A stretch of 64,000 bases of DNA, taken from Candidatus Latescibacterota bacterium (GTDB lineage: Bacteria > Latescibacterota > UBA2968 > UBA8231). Both the position numbers and the translations under genes were made by a program. The DNA is taken from the NCBI GenBank assembly GCA_965200315.1, contig OZ241362.1, positions 160,001-224,000 on the forward strand. Reading direction: 5' to 3'. Positions within the stretch are counted from its first letter, which is position 1, and every line of letters starts with the position of its first letter. The notes under the pieces are model-generated. The model was not told the origin of the DNA. It saw only the letters and a program-made list of their open reading frames with translations, and made no database searches. This document shows positions 46,869 to 55,258 of the stretch, one piece after another.

Positions 46869-47872
46869 ATGCACCTAGAACCCAATGAAAGAATGAGACT
46901 CCGGGAAGCTACGGCCATTATTGTAGCAGGTGGCGTCACAAACAGCATACTCGGCATCGTAAAAGTCGCCCTCGGCAGCGTTACCGGGTACCTACCCCTG
47001 ACTGCTTCAGGACTCCACTCGCTGTCGGACATTGTATCCGATGTCATCGCTTGGGTGGCCGTGCGGATGGGAGTGCGGTCCGAGCAACAGGGCGAGGATG
47101 TGCGGTTCCACTACGGCCGCCGGCGGATTGAAACCCTCCTGTCGTTTTTTGCCGCATTCCTGCTCGCGTTTGTGAGTGTGGAACTGATTCTGGATGCTTT
47201 CGGCTATCACGGGCACGGTCATGGGGTGTCCACAACAGCTATTCACGAACAAGCGGAAAGCCACGGCGACCACGAGCACGAGCAGGGGGGGTAGGTCATT
47301 TGTTCTTTCTCGTCTGCGCGGTAATCCTCGCTTCAGTGCTCGCCAAGGAAATACTGTTCCGCGCGACGCGGCGCAAGGGCGTCCGCCTGAACAGCCCCAT
47401 GCTAATCGCGAAAGCATGGCATCACCGGGCCGATTCCATCAGTGCCCTCGCAGTCCTGCTGAGCATTTTCGTTTCGTCCTATTTTCCGGCCTTCGCGTTG
47501 ATCAACCAAGTCACCACGGTCGTGATTGCCGGCCTAATCCTGCACAGTGCTTGGGAGGTTGGAAGCAACGCGGTCAAAGAGCTAATAGATTTCGCGCCCT
47601 CGCTAGAGACGATAGCCCTAATCGAAGAGATGGCGGAAGAGGTACAAGGCGTGACATTTACGCACAGTATTCGCATACGGTCTATGGGGGGTGCCCTGTA
47701 TGTTGAATTAACAGCGGAAACCGACCCGAATCTCACGGTAGCAGAAGGGTACGCCATCGTTAAACAGATCCGCGAGACGGTTAAGAATAAGGTCCCCAAT
47801 GTGATTGACGTCACCACCTTGCTAACCCCCAAAGGCGAATACGTCCGGCAGTTTCTGGGGTCGGAAACATAG
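46869..47872 (+). pseudogene. cation diffusion facilitator split by a frameshift at a G7 tract
   Basis: HSLSD, FHYG..RIE, His-rich loop in ORF1; KE, WHHRAD and C-terminal dimerisation domain in ORF2; G7 at 47285-47291. Confidence 0.85.
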
Positions 47873-47893
47873 AGCAGGCTGACGCCCGGCGGG

Positions 47894-49123
47894 TCAACTG
47901 CTTCCACGTTGGTCGCTATGGGTGGACCGGAGGCGGATATTGAGTAGCATATCTTCGTAGCCGCTGCGCAGAGCACCGGCGCGGAAGCGCCAGATGATCA
48001 GGGCGATGAGGAGCAAAGCGCTGCCCCATTGCAGGAACTGAACGGCCGGCGCAGGGGAGGCGTCGAGGTTCACGGGAATCGCCAGACCAGCAGCGAGAAG
48101 CAGCACATCGATGGCGATGCCCAAGACGACCGTAACCGCGAGGACGGCGGCTACGTAGATGGATGCGAAGCGGGTGCCAAACTGGCTGACGATGATGGCG
48201 ATCGTGCCCGTGTTGGTGGCCGGGCCAGTCATCAGAAAAATCAGTGCCGCGCCGGGGCTGACTCCTTTGACCACGAGCGCGGCGGCGATTGGAGTACTGG
48301 CGGATGCGCAGATATAGAGAGGAATGCCGATCAGCACCATGACCGGATAGGATAGCCAGCGGGCATACTCATTTGCCATCAGGTCGCTCGGAATCGCCAG
48401 AAAGAGTACGCCGCCCAGCACGACTCCCACCAGCAGCGCAAAGAGAATGTCGTCTGCTATCTCAATGAAGCCATAGCGAAAGATGTGCTTGACCAGCTTT
48501 GTGAAGTCCAAATCCCGATCGTCGGTGGATGAATTCCACCGGCCTGCGGCCATCCCCTTCAACCAGTTGACCAGTAAGACCTTCAGTTGCGAAAGGCTAA
48601 CGTAGCAATCATCCCGGTCGGCGATGAGCGATTGGTGATGCTCGTGGTCGCAGGCGTGGCAGGCGTCGCGCTCGCTCGCTTTGGCTTCATCTCGGTCGTC
48701 TCTTATCAGTCCGATGCAAAAGATACCGGCGACGACCGCGGTGATGAAGCTGATGACGGGCCGGACGATGGCAACGATAGGTCCGAAAAAGGCGTTAGTG
48801 ACTAAAATCGAGTCTGCGCCGGTCTCTGGTGCGGTGATCAAGAAAGACATGCAGGCCGAACGGGACGCCCCCTTATTGCGCATCTCAGCCACCACAGGTA
48901 CAACCGAGCAACTGCACAGCGGCACGGGGACGCCGATGGCCGAACTCATGGTGACGGATTTTAGGCTATCGTCGCGGAGCCAGCGGAGAATGGCCTGACG
49001 GGAGACAAACACGTGGATCAGGCCAGAGAGGAACAGCCCCAGCAAAAGCATGGGGGCTAGCAAGAGGAAGGATGACCAGAGGAAGTCAAAAAAGCCGGTC
49101 AGTATTCCAAGAGATTCGGCCAC
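47894..49123 (-). CDS. DUF318/SO_0444-like metal permease, copy 1
   Basis: PLCSCSVVP, APETGADS, CHACDHEHH, PLYICASASTP, GPATN. Confidence 0.88.
   Translation of the reverse strand: MAESLGILTGFFDFLWSSFLLLAPMLLLGLFLSGLIHVFVSRQAILRWLRDDSLKSVTMSSAIGVPVPLCSCSVVPVVAEMRNKGASRSACMSFLITAPETGADSILVTNAFFGPIVAIVRPVISFITAVVAGIFCIGLIRDDRDEAKASERDACHACDHEHHQSLIADRDDCYVSLSQLKVLLVNWLKGMAAGRWNSSTDDRDLDFTKLVKHIFRYGFIEIADDILFALLVGVVLGGVLFLAIPSDLMANEYARWLSYPVMVLIGIPLYICASASTPIAAALVVKGVSPGAALIFLMTGPATNTGTIAIIVSQFGTRFASIYVAAVLAVTVVLGIAIDVLLLAAGLAIPVNLDASPAPAVQFLQWGSALLLIALIIWRFRAGALRSGYEDMLLNIRLRSTHSDQRGSS
47925..49112. repeat. left arm of a ~1.19-kb near-perfect inverted repeat (partner 53987-55175)
   Basis: The two permease proteins differ at only a few internal residues; shadow ORFs are nearly identical too. 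Confidence 0.95.
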
Positions 49124-49141
49124 TCAATAGCCTCCTGTGCG

Positions 49142-49170
49142 TTGAGATGCGACGAGTTTATTGCTATAAT
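49142..49170 (+). promoter_or_regulatory. sigma70-type promoter for leader ORF 1
   Basis: TTGAGA-17bp-TATAAT with extended TG, 12 bp before the ATG. Confidence 0.7.
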
Positions 49171-49182
49171 TAGCCAAAGGTC

Positions 49183-49497
49183 ATGCTAACGCGCAAAACG
49201 GATATCTCGACCAACTCGGCAGCCTCGTTGGCCCTGCTGGCACTGACAGTGCTCTTTGCGGCTGTAATCAGCGGTCTCCCCTTCAGCCACCAGCTTTTCC
49301 ACGATAGTCTCGTCGAGCCTGAAAACTGTCCGGCCTACCTGTTGCAGAGTAGCCTATCGCTCCTTTTTGGGGGCTTGGTGCTCGCGCTCGTGGTGCTGAA
49401 TGCCTCTGAGCCAAATCCGTCCCCTCTGCGCACGGTACCGCTACATCTTTTTTTTCCTCGCTTTACCCATCTCAACCGAGGCCCGCCCCGGTGCTAG
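49183..49497 (+). CDS. DUF2946/CruR-like leader protein, copy 1 (CxxC lost)
   Basis: Hydrophobic N-terminus, HQLFH..ENCPAY, C-terminal RGPP. Confidence 0.72.
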   Translation: MLTRKTDISTNSAASLALLALTVLFAAVISGLPFSHQLFHDSLVEPENCPAYLLQSSLSLLFGGLVLALVVLNASEPNPSPLRTVPLHLFFPRFTHLNRGPPRC

Positions 49498-49572
49498 CGC
49501 ATCCACGCTGTGGATGCCCTCTCCATATCCATTTCGCATACCATTAACTTCCCGTTCTGTGCGCAACGCTTA

Positions 49573-49685
49573 GAAGCCGTTTGAAAACCCGTCGGGCCGC
49601 TTTGCGGAACGGCCATTTTTCTCGGGCAAAATGCCCTCGATCCCAGCGGTTTGAGAGACCCAACCCGGAATTTTCAGATCGCTTC
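49573..49685. mobile_element. 113-bp MITE with TTA target-site duplication
   Basis: IR GAAGCCGTTTGAAAA / TTTTCAGATCGCTTC, flanked by TTA; absent from the paralogous spacer near 51069. Confidence 0.8.
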
Positions 49686-49730
49686 TTAGGGAAGTGCGCG
49701 TGGACGGCCAAACCATTGGAGACTAGCACC

Positions 49731-50255
49731 ATGTTTAAGAGCATAGCTGCGTTAAGTATCTTCGCCCTCGTCCTCTTTGCTAGCTGCGGCGACGACAACC
49801 CCGTCGGCGACGACCACGCCGAAGAACACGCCGAGGCTGTCGGCCTGATCGTGCGCGATAGCGGCGAGGAGATCGTCCGCGTTGAAAGCGGTCAGGTGAC
49901 CGGCGAGATTGAAGTCGGCCACGGCAAGGAAACCGCCCTGCTGTCTGTGCGCTTTATCGCCGAAGATGGCGACCTCTTCACCCCCCACGAAGAAGATGGC
50001 TTTGCCCTTGACTGGGAAATTGCCGACGAGAGCATCGCCGAAGTCGAGCATCACGCCGAGGACGGGGCTTGGGCTTTTCACATCCTCGGCCTAGAGGAAG
50101 GCGAGACCACCATCCGCATAAAAATCAACCACGAAGGCCACGCCGATTTCGTCTCGCTGGAAATCGAGATTCACGTCAGCGAGGACGGTCCCGGTGAGGA
50201 ACACGAAGAACACGATGAGCACGATGAGCACGATGAGGAAGAGGAAAGCGATTAG
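49731..50255 (+). CDS. His/Glu-rich lipoprotein, copy 1
   Basis: FASC lipobox, DDHAEEHAE, C-terminal (HDE)n. Confidence 0.85.
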   Translation: MFKSIAALSIFALVLFASCGDDNPVGDDHAEEHAEAVGLIVRDSGEEIVRVESGQVTGEIEVGHGKETALLSVRFIAEDGDLFTPHEEDGFALDWEIADESIAEVEHHAEDGAWAFHILGLEEGETTIRIKINHEGHADFVSLEIEIHVSEDGPGEEHEEHDEHDEHDEEEESD

Positions 50256-50285
50256 ACCCACTGCGGTCTTTCGTATGTAAAAGCG

Positions 50286-50318
50286 GCGCGGGACCGGACA
50301 CAAGCACCGGTCCCGCGC
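50286..50318 (+). promoter_or_regulatory. GC-rich hairpin after lipoprotein 1 (conserved at 51660-51692)
   Basis: GCGCGGGACCGG..CCGGTCCCGCGC; the second copy has compensatory ACAC/GTGT ends. Confidence 0.7.
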
Positions 50319-50432
50319 ACTTATGTCAAGTGCCTAGGTACACGCCAGTAGGGTTTTTCTTGGGAGCGCGGGACAGAGGCCCGCGCACTTAGGGCGATAC
50401 CAAAAAACGCCCACCCAAGCCAAGGGTCGGGT

Positions 50433-50612
50433 ACTTAGCAAGGTCAATTGGATAGCCGACAGACAAAAGCCACAGGCCGCAGAATCTGGCCCCGGCTGCT
50501 TTAGAAGCTCGAACTCGCACTCGGCCTAGCAGTAGGTTCCGCTTGGGGACCAGACTGGCTCGCTAACCGGGCACGTGATCGACGCGGAAAGCGGCTAATC
50601 CGTCGAGTGGAC
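50433..50612 (+). pseudogene. decayed 5' remnant of a TonB-dependent receptor paralogue
   Basis: Aligns by eye with 51693-51843 (TCGGCCTAGC..GACTGGC..GAAAGCGGC.AA.CCGTCG..TGGAC). Confidence 0.7.
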
Positions 50613-50647
50613 ATTGCCTAAAAAAGGCAAGCCGCTGGGGGCTGGGG

Positions 50648-50676
50648 TTGCGTTTTTTTTGCCGGACCACTAAAAT
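50648..50676 (+). promoter_or_regulatory. promoter for leader ORF 2 (probably leaderless mRNA)
   Basis: TTGCGT-17bp-TAAAAT, 8 bp before the ATG, no Shine-Dalgarno. Confidence 0.55.
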
Positions 50677-50684
50677 CAAAAATC

Positions 50685-50996
50685 ATGCTAACGCGCAAAA
50701 CGGACATCTCGATAGGCTCGGCGTCCTCGCTGGCCCTGCTAGTGCTGACCGTGCTCTTTGCGGCTGTAAGCGGCCTACCCTTCGGCCACCAGCTTTGCCA
50801 CGAGAGCCACATCGAGCCTGAGAACTGCCCGGCTTGCCTGTTGCAGAGCGGTCTATCGCTCCTTTTTGGGGGCTTAGCGCTCGCGCTCGTGGTGCTGAAT
50901 GCCTCTGAGCCAAATCCGTCCGCTCTGCGCACAGTACCGTTACCTCTTTTTTCTCCTCGCTTTACCCATCTCAACCGAGGCCCGCCCCGGTGCTAG
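50685..50996 (+). CDS. DUF2946/CruR-like leader protein, copy 2
   Basis: Hydrophobic N-terminus, HQLCHESH..CPAC, C-terminal RGPP; upstream of lipoprotein and TBDR. Confidence 0.8.
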   Translation: MLTRKTDISIGSASSLALLVLTVLFAAVSGLPFGHQLCHESHIEPENCPACLLQSGLSLLFGGLALALVVLNASEPNPSALRTVPLPLFSPRFTHLNRGPPRC

Positions 50997-51114
50997 TGCA
51001 TCCACGCTGTGGATGCCCCTCTCCTATCCAATTCGCGTACCATTAAATTCCCGTTCTGCGCACAACGCCTAGGGAAAGTGTGCGTGGACGGTCAAACCAT
51101 TGGAGATTAGCACC

Positions 51115-51621
51115 ATGCTTAAAAGAAGTATGTCTGCCTTGAGCATTTTCGCCTTGGCCCTTTTTATTGCTAGCTGCGGCGACGACGACAATCCCGTCGA
51201 TCCCGACCACCATGATGATCATGCCGAGGCTATCGGCCTGATCGTGCGCGATAGCGGCACTGAAATTGTCCGCGTTGAAAGCGGCGAGGTGACCGGCGAG
51301 ATCGAAGTTGGCCACGGCAAGGAGACCGCCCTGCTGTCCGTGCGTTTTATCGCCGAAGATGGCGATCTCTTTACCCCAGACGAAGCCGATGATTACTCCC
51401 TCGCTTGGGAAATGGCCGACGAGAGCATCGCCGAAGTCGAGCAGCACACCGAGGACGGGGCTTGGAATTTTCACATCCTCGGCCTAGAGGAAGGCGAGAC
51501 TACTATCCGCATCAAGATCAACCACGAAGGCCACGTCGATTTCGTCTCGCCGGAGATTGAGATTCACGTCAGCGAGGACGGACCCGGTGAGGAACACGAC
51601 GAGCACGATGATGAAGGGTAA
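51115..51621 (+). CDS. His/Glu-rich lipoprotein, copy 2
   Basis: IASC lipobox, DHHDDHAE; highly similar to copy 1. Confidence 0.85.
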   Translation: MLKRSMSALSIFALALFIASCGDDDNPVDPDHHDDHAEAIGLIVRDSGTEIVRVESGEVTGEIEVGHGKETALLSVRFIAEDGDLFTPDEADDYSLAWEMADESIAEVEQHTEDGAWNFHILGLEEGETTIRIKINHEGHVDFVSPEIEIHVSEDGPGEEHDEHDDEG

Positions 51622-51709
51622 AGCGGTTAGATCGGCTGCGGCCTTCATAGGTAAAAGCGACACGGGACCGGAGACAAACTCCGGTCCCGTGTACTTATGT
51701 CAAGGCCAA

Positions 51710-53929
51710 TTGAATAGCTGTCGGCTACTTTGGCAGTTGGCAGCCATCGTCGGCCTAGCCGGCGGTCCTGTTTGGGGCGACCGGACTGGCGCTCTAGCCG
51801 GCCATGTAATAAACGCCGAAAGCGGCCAACCCGTCGGCTGGACTACCATCGTCATCGAGGGGCTCGAACGGGTGCGTACTAGCGACGCCGAGGGGTATTT
51901 CTTCTTCGCCAACGTACCCGCTGGCCCGCACGTCCTGCAAAGCCTGCACGTCGGCTACCACGAGGCGCGCTTTGAAGTCGAGGTTGTCGCCGGGGACACC
52001 ACGCATGTCGATCTGGCTATCGGCCACGAATCTCTGCGCGTAGAGACGATTCTTGTCGAAGGCGAACACACGACCCCTGTTTCTCCACTCCAAGCCCCGG
52101 AAGTCGTCTTCAGCGGCAGCAAGCTGCGGCAGAATTTGAGCCGCACCATTGCCGAGACCATCGACTACGAGCCGGGCATTGCCCTGCGCTCAATGGGGCC
52201 GGCGCCCGCGCGGCCGGTGCTGCGCGGGCTGGGCGGCGACCGCTTGCTGATGGTCGAAGACGGCGAGCGCACCGGCGATTTGTCTGCCACCTCCTCGGAC
52301 CACGCGGTGGCCATCGAGCCGATGACCACCGAGCGCATTGAAATCGTGCGCGGCCCCCGCACCTTGCTCTACGGCTCCAATGCCTTGGCCGGGGTCGTCA
52401 ATGTGGTGCGAGGGTACGTGCCCTCCGAGCAGCCCGATGGCTCGGGGGGATCTGTGGCGTATCAGGGGGAGAGCGTCAATCGAGGTTTGTCGGGCGGCCT
52501 GATCCTCGAACAGGCGCTCGGCCCACTGGCCCTGCGCTTCGATAGCAGTCTGCGCAATGCCGACGATATTGCCTCGCCGCACGGAAAGCTCGTCAATACG
52601 GACATCCGCACGGGCAATGCCTCGGTCGGCCTGAGTCTGATTCGTCCTTGGGGGCACGTGGGCGCGTCTGGTAGCTTGTACACTTCCGACTACGGCATTC
52701 CCCCCGACCCAAAGGGTGGCCATCCACATGGCGTGTCCATTGATCTCCAGCGCCAGCACCTCGAAGGGCGCGGTGAAATTCTCACCGCGCCGGACTGGCT
52801 CCAGCGCCTAGAATTGCACCATTCGTTTTCGCGCTATCAGCACGGCGAATTCGAAGCGAGTGGCGATTTAGGGATGGAGTTCGGTGTGCTCACGCACAAC
52901 AGCGGTGCGCTGGCTCACCTAGATCGTATGGGGCCTTTTGCAAACGGTGCGATTGGCCTGTGGTACGAGTACCGCAATTATGCTGCGGCCGGGCTCAACT
53001 ATACGCCGCCGGCCGAGGAATACGCCGGTGCTTTGTTCGCGTACCAGGAGTGGGAGCATGGGCCTTGGGCGGCCAATGCGGCTTGGCGCGTTGACGCCCG
53101 CCGCGTCGAGCCGCGCGAGGAGCGCTATTCGCGCCGGGTCGGCCGCATCCAGATGCGCGACTTTGCCGGGATGTCGGCCGGTTTGTCCAATCACTATCGC
53201 GCCAGTTCGACCTTGACCTTGGGCACGACCTTGATGCGCACCTTTCGCGCTCCCGGCATCGAAGAGCTGTTCTCCGAAGGGCCGCATTTGGCCGCCTATT
53301 CGTACGAGGTGGGCAATGGGGCCCTCGACAGCGAACGCGGCCTAGGACTGGAGCTGTTCGCCGACTACCACCTCGAAGAAGGCCATGTACACTTGGCCGT
53401 CTTTCGCAACGCGATCGATGGGTACATTTTCCCCAAGAACAGCGGCGAGCGCAGTTTGCGGCGTGCCGATCTCTTTCTCTATCAGACTGTGGGGGAGCGC
53501 GTCCTCATGCACGGGGCCGAAGCCAACTTCGACTGGCATCTAGCGGAGCCTTGGAAAGTGGCCGGTACTCTCAGCTATGTGCGTGGCCACCTCACTGATC
53601 TCGACGACGAACCTCTGCCGCGTCTGCCGCCCCTGCAAGGGCACCTGGCCCTGACTTGCGAACCCACTGAGGCGCTGAGTGCGACTATTGACGTGCGCTT
53701 GGCTGCGGAACAGGACCAAGTCGGCGAGTTTGAAGAGCCTACGGAAGGCTATGCAGTGCTGGATCTTTCGAGCCAGTACTACGTGCAGTGGGGGGGCCGT
53801 CTGCACACCTTCGCCCTGACCTTGGAAAACGCCACGGACGCGGTGTACCGCAATCACCTCAACCGCGTCAAAGAGATCCTGCCCGAGCCCGGCCGCAACC
53901 TGCGCCTTTTGCACAAGATATTCTTCTGA
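51710..53929 (+). CDS. TonB-dependent receptor, ZnuD-like, with N-terminal carboxypeptidase-regulatory-like domain
   Basis: RPVLRGL, SSDHAV, RIEIVRGP..LLYGSNALAGVVN, GHPHG, ELFSEGPH, PGRNLRL, terminal F; TTG start inferred. Confidence 0.9.
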   Translation: MNSCRLLWQLAAIVGLAGGPVWGDRTGALAGHVINAESGQPVGWTTIVIEGLERVRTSDAEGYFFFANVPAGPHVLQSLHVGYHEARFEVEVVAGDTTHVDLAIGHESLRVETILVEGEHTTPVSPLQAPEVVFSGSKLRQNLSRTIAETIDYEPGIALRSMGPAPARPVLRGLGGDRLLMVEDGERTGDLSATSSDHAVAIEPMTTERIEIVRGPRTLLYGSNALAGVVNVVRGYVPSEQPDGSGGSVAYQGESVNRGLSGGLILEQALGPLALRFDSSLRNADDIASPHGKLVNTDIRTGNASVGLSLIRPWGHVGASGSLYTSDYGIPPDPKGGHPHGVSIDLQRQHLEGRGEILTAPDWLQRLELHHSFSRYQHGEFEASGDLGMEFGVLTHNSGALAHLDRMGPFANGAIGLWYEYRNYAAAGLNYTPPAEEYAGALFAYQEWEHGPWAANAAWRVDARRVEPREERYSRRVGRIQMRDFAGMSAGLSNHYRASSTLTLGTTLMRTFRAPGIEELFSEGPHLAAYSYEVGNGALDSERGLGLELFADYHLEEGHVHLAVFRNAIDGYIFPKNSGERSLRRADLFLYQTVGERVLMHGAEANFDWHLAEPWKVAGTLSYVRGHLTDLDDEPLPRLPPLQGHLALTCEPTEALSATIDVRLAAEQDQVGEFEEPTEGYAVLDLSSQYYVQWGGRLHTFALTLENATDAVYRNHLNRVKEILPEPGRNLRLLHKIFF

Positions 53930-53947
53930 GAATTCGTCTGGATTCAC
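53891..53947 (+). repeat. 57-bp direct repeat (TBDR 3' end), partner 58556-58612
   Basis: 51/57 identical by manual alignment. Confidence 0.9.
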
Positions 53948-53972
53948 TCACCGGACTATGGGATTGCACAGA

Positions 53973-55229
53973 ATGACCTTTGATTTTCTTGGAATACTAA
54001 CCAGTTTTTTTGCCGTTCTCTGGTCATCCTTCCTCTTGCTAGCCCCCATGCTTTTGCTGGGGCTGTTCCTCTCTGGCCTGATCCACGTGTTTATCTCCCG
54101 TCAGGCCATTCTCCGCTGGCTCCGCGACGACAGCCTAAAATCCGTCACCATGAGTTCGGCCATCGGCGTCCCCGTGCCGCTGTGCAGTTGCTCGGTTGTA
54201 CCTGTGGTGGCCGAGATGCGCAATAAGGGGGCGTCCCGTTCGGCCTGCATGTCTTTCTTGATCACCGCACCAGAGACCGGCGCAGACTCGATTTTAGTCA
54301 CTAACGCCTTTTTCGGACCTATCGTTGCCATCGTCCGGCCCGTCATCAGCTTCATCACCGCGGTCGTCGCCGGTATCTTTTGCATCGGACTGATAAGAGA
54401 CGACCGAGATGAAGCCAAAGCGAGCGAGCGCGACGCCTGCCACGCCTGCGACCACGAGCATCACCAATCGCTCATCGCCGACCGGGATGATTGCTACGTC
54501 AGCCTTTCGCAACTGAAGGTCTTACTGGTCAACTGGTTGAAGGGGATGGCCGCAGGCCGGTGGAATTCATCCACCGACGATCGGGATTTGGACTTCACAA
54601 AGCTGGTCAAGCACATCTTTCGCTATGGCTTCATTGAGATAGCAGACGACATTCTCTTTGCGCTGCTGGTGGGAGTCGTGCTGGGCGGCGTACTCTTTCT
54701 GGCGATTCCGAGCGACCTGATGGCAAATGAGTATGCCCGCTGGCTATCCTATCCGGTCATGGTGCTGATCGGCATTCCTCTCTATATCTGCGCATCCGCC
54801 AGTACTCCAATCGCCGCCGCGCTCGTGGCCAAAGGAGTCAGCCCCGGCGCGGCGCTGATTTTTCTGATGACTGGCCCGGCCACCAACACGGGCACGATCG
54901 CCATCATCGTCAGCCAGTTTGGCACCCGCTTCGCATCCATCTACGTAGCCGCCGTCCTCGCGGTTACGGTCGTCTTGGGCATCGCCATCGATGTGCTGCT
55001 TCTCGCTGCTGGTCTGGCGATTCCCGTGAACCTCGACGCCTCCCATGCGCCGGCCGTTCAGTTCCTGCAATGGGGCAGCGCTTTGCTCCTCATCGCCCTG
55101 ATCATCTGGCGCTTCCGCGCCGGTGCTCTGCGCAGCGGCTACGAAGATATGCTGCTCAATCTTCGCCTCCGGTCTAGCACGGCCGATCGGGACCTGTCAG
55201 CGCGAGACCTCAGCAGTGGCAAGTCTTAA
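53973..55229 (+). CDS. DUF318/SO_0444-like metal permease, copy 2
   Basis: Near-identical to 47894-49123; start 53958 or 53973. Confidence 0.88.
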   Translation: MTFDFLGILTSFFAVLWSSFLLLAPMLLLGLFLSGLIHVFISRQAILRWLRDDSLKSVTMSSAIGVPVPLCSCSVVPVVAEMRNKGASRSACMSFLITAPETGADSILVTNAFFGPIVAIVRPVISFITAVVAGIFCIGLIRDDRDEAKASERDACHACDHEHHQSLIADRDDCYVSLSQLKVLLVNWLKGMAAGRWNSSTDDRDLDFTKLVKHIFRYGFIEIADDILFALLVGVVLGGVLFLAIPSDLMANEYARWLSYPVMVLIGIPLYICASASTPIAAALVAKGVSPGAALIFLMTGPATNTGTIAIIVSQFGTRFASIYVAAVLAVTVVLGIAIDVLLLAAGLAIPVNLDASHAPAVQFLQWGSALLLIALIIWRFRAGALRSGYEDMLLNLRLRSSTADRDLSARDLSSGKS

Positions 55230-55258
55230 CCCGAACTCACGTTAAAGGAGGATTCTAT

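Noticed and set aside
50330-50680. Riboswitch or ncRNA in the long spacer
   Set aside because: Largely explained by a decayed TBDR 5' remnant plus a promoter; no cobalamin or other riboswitch consensus recognised
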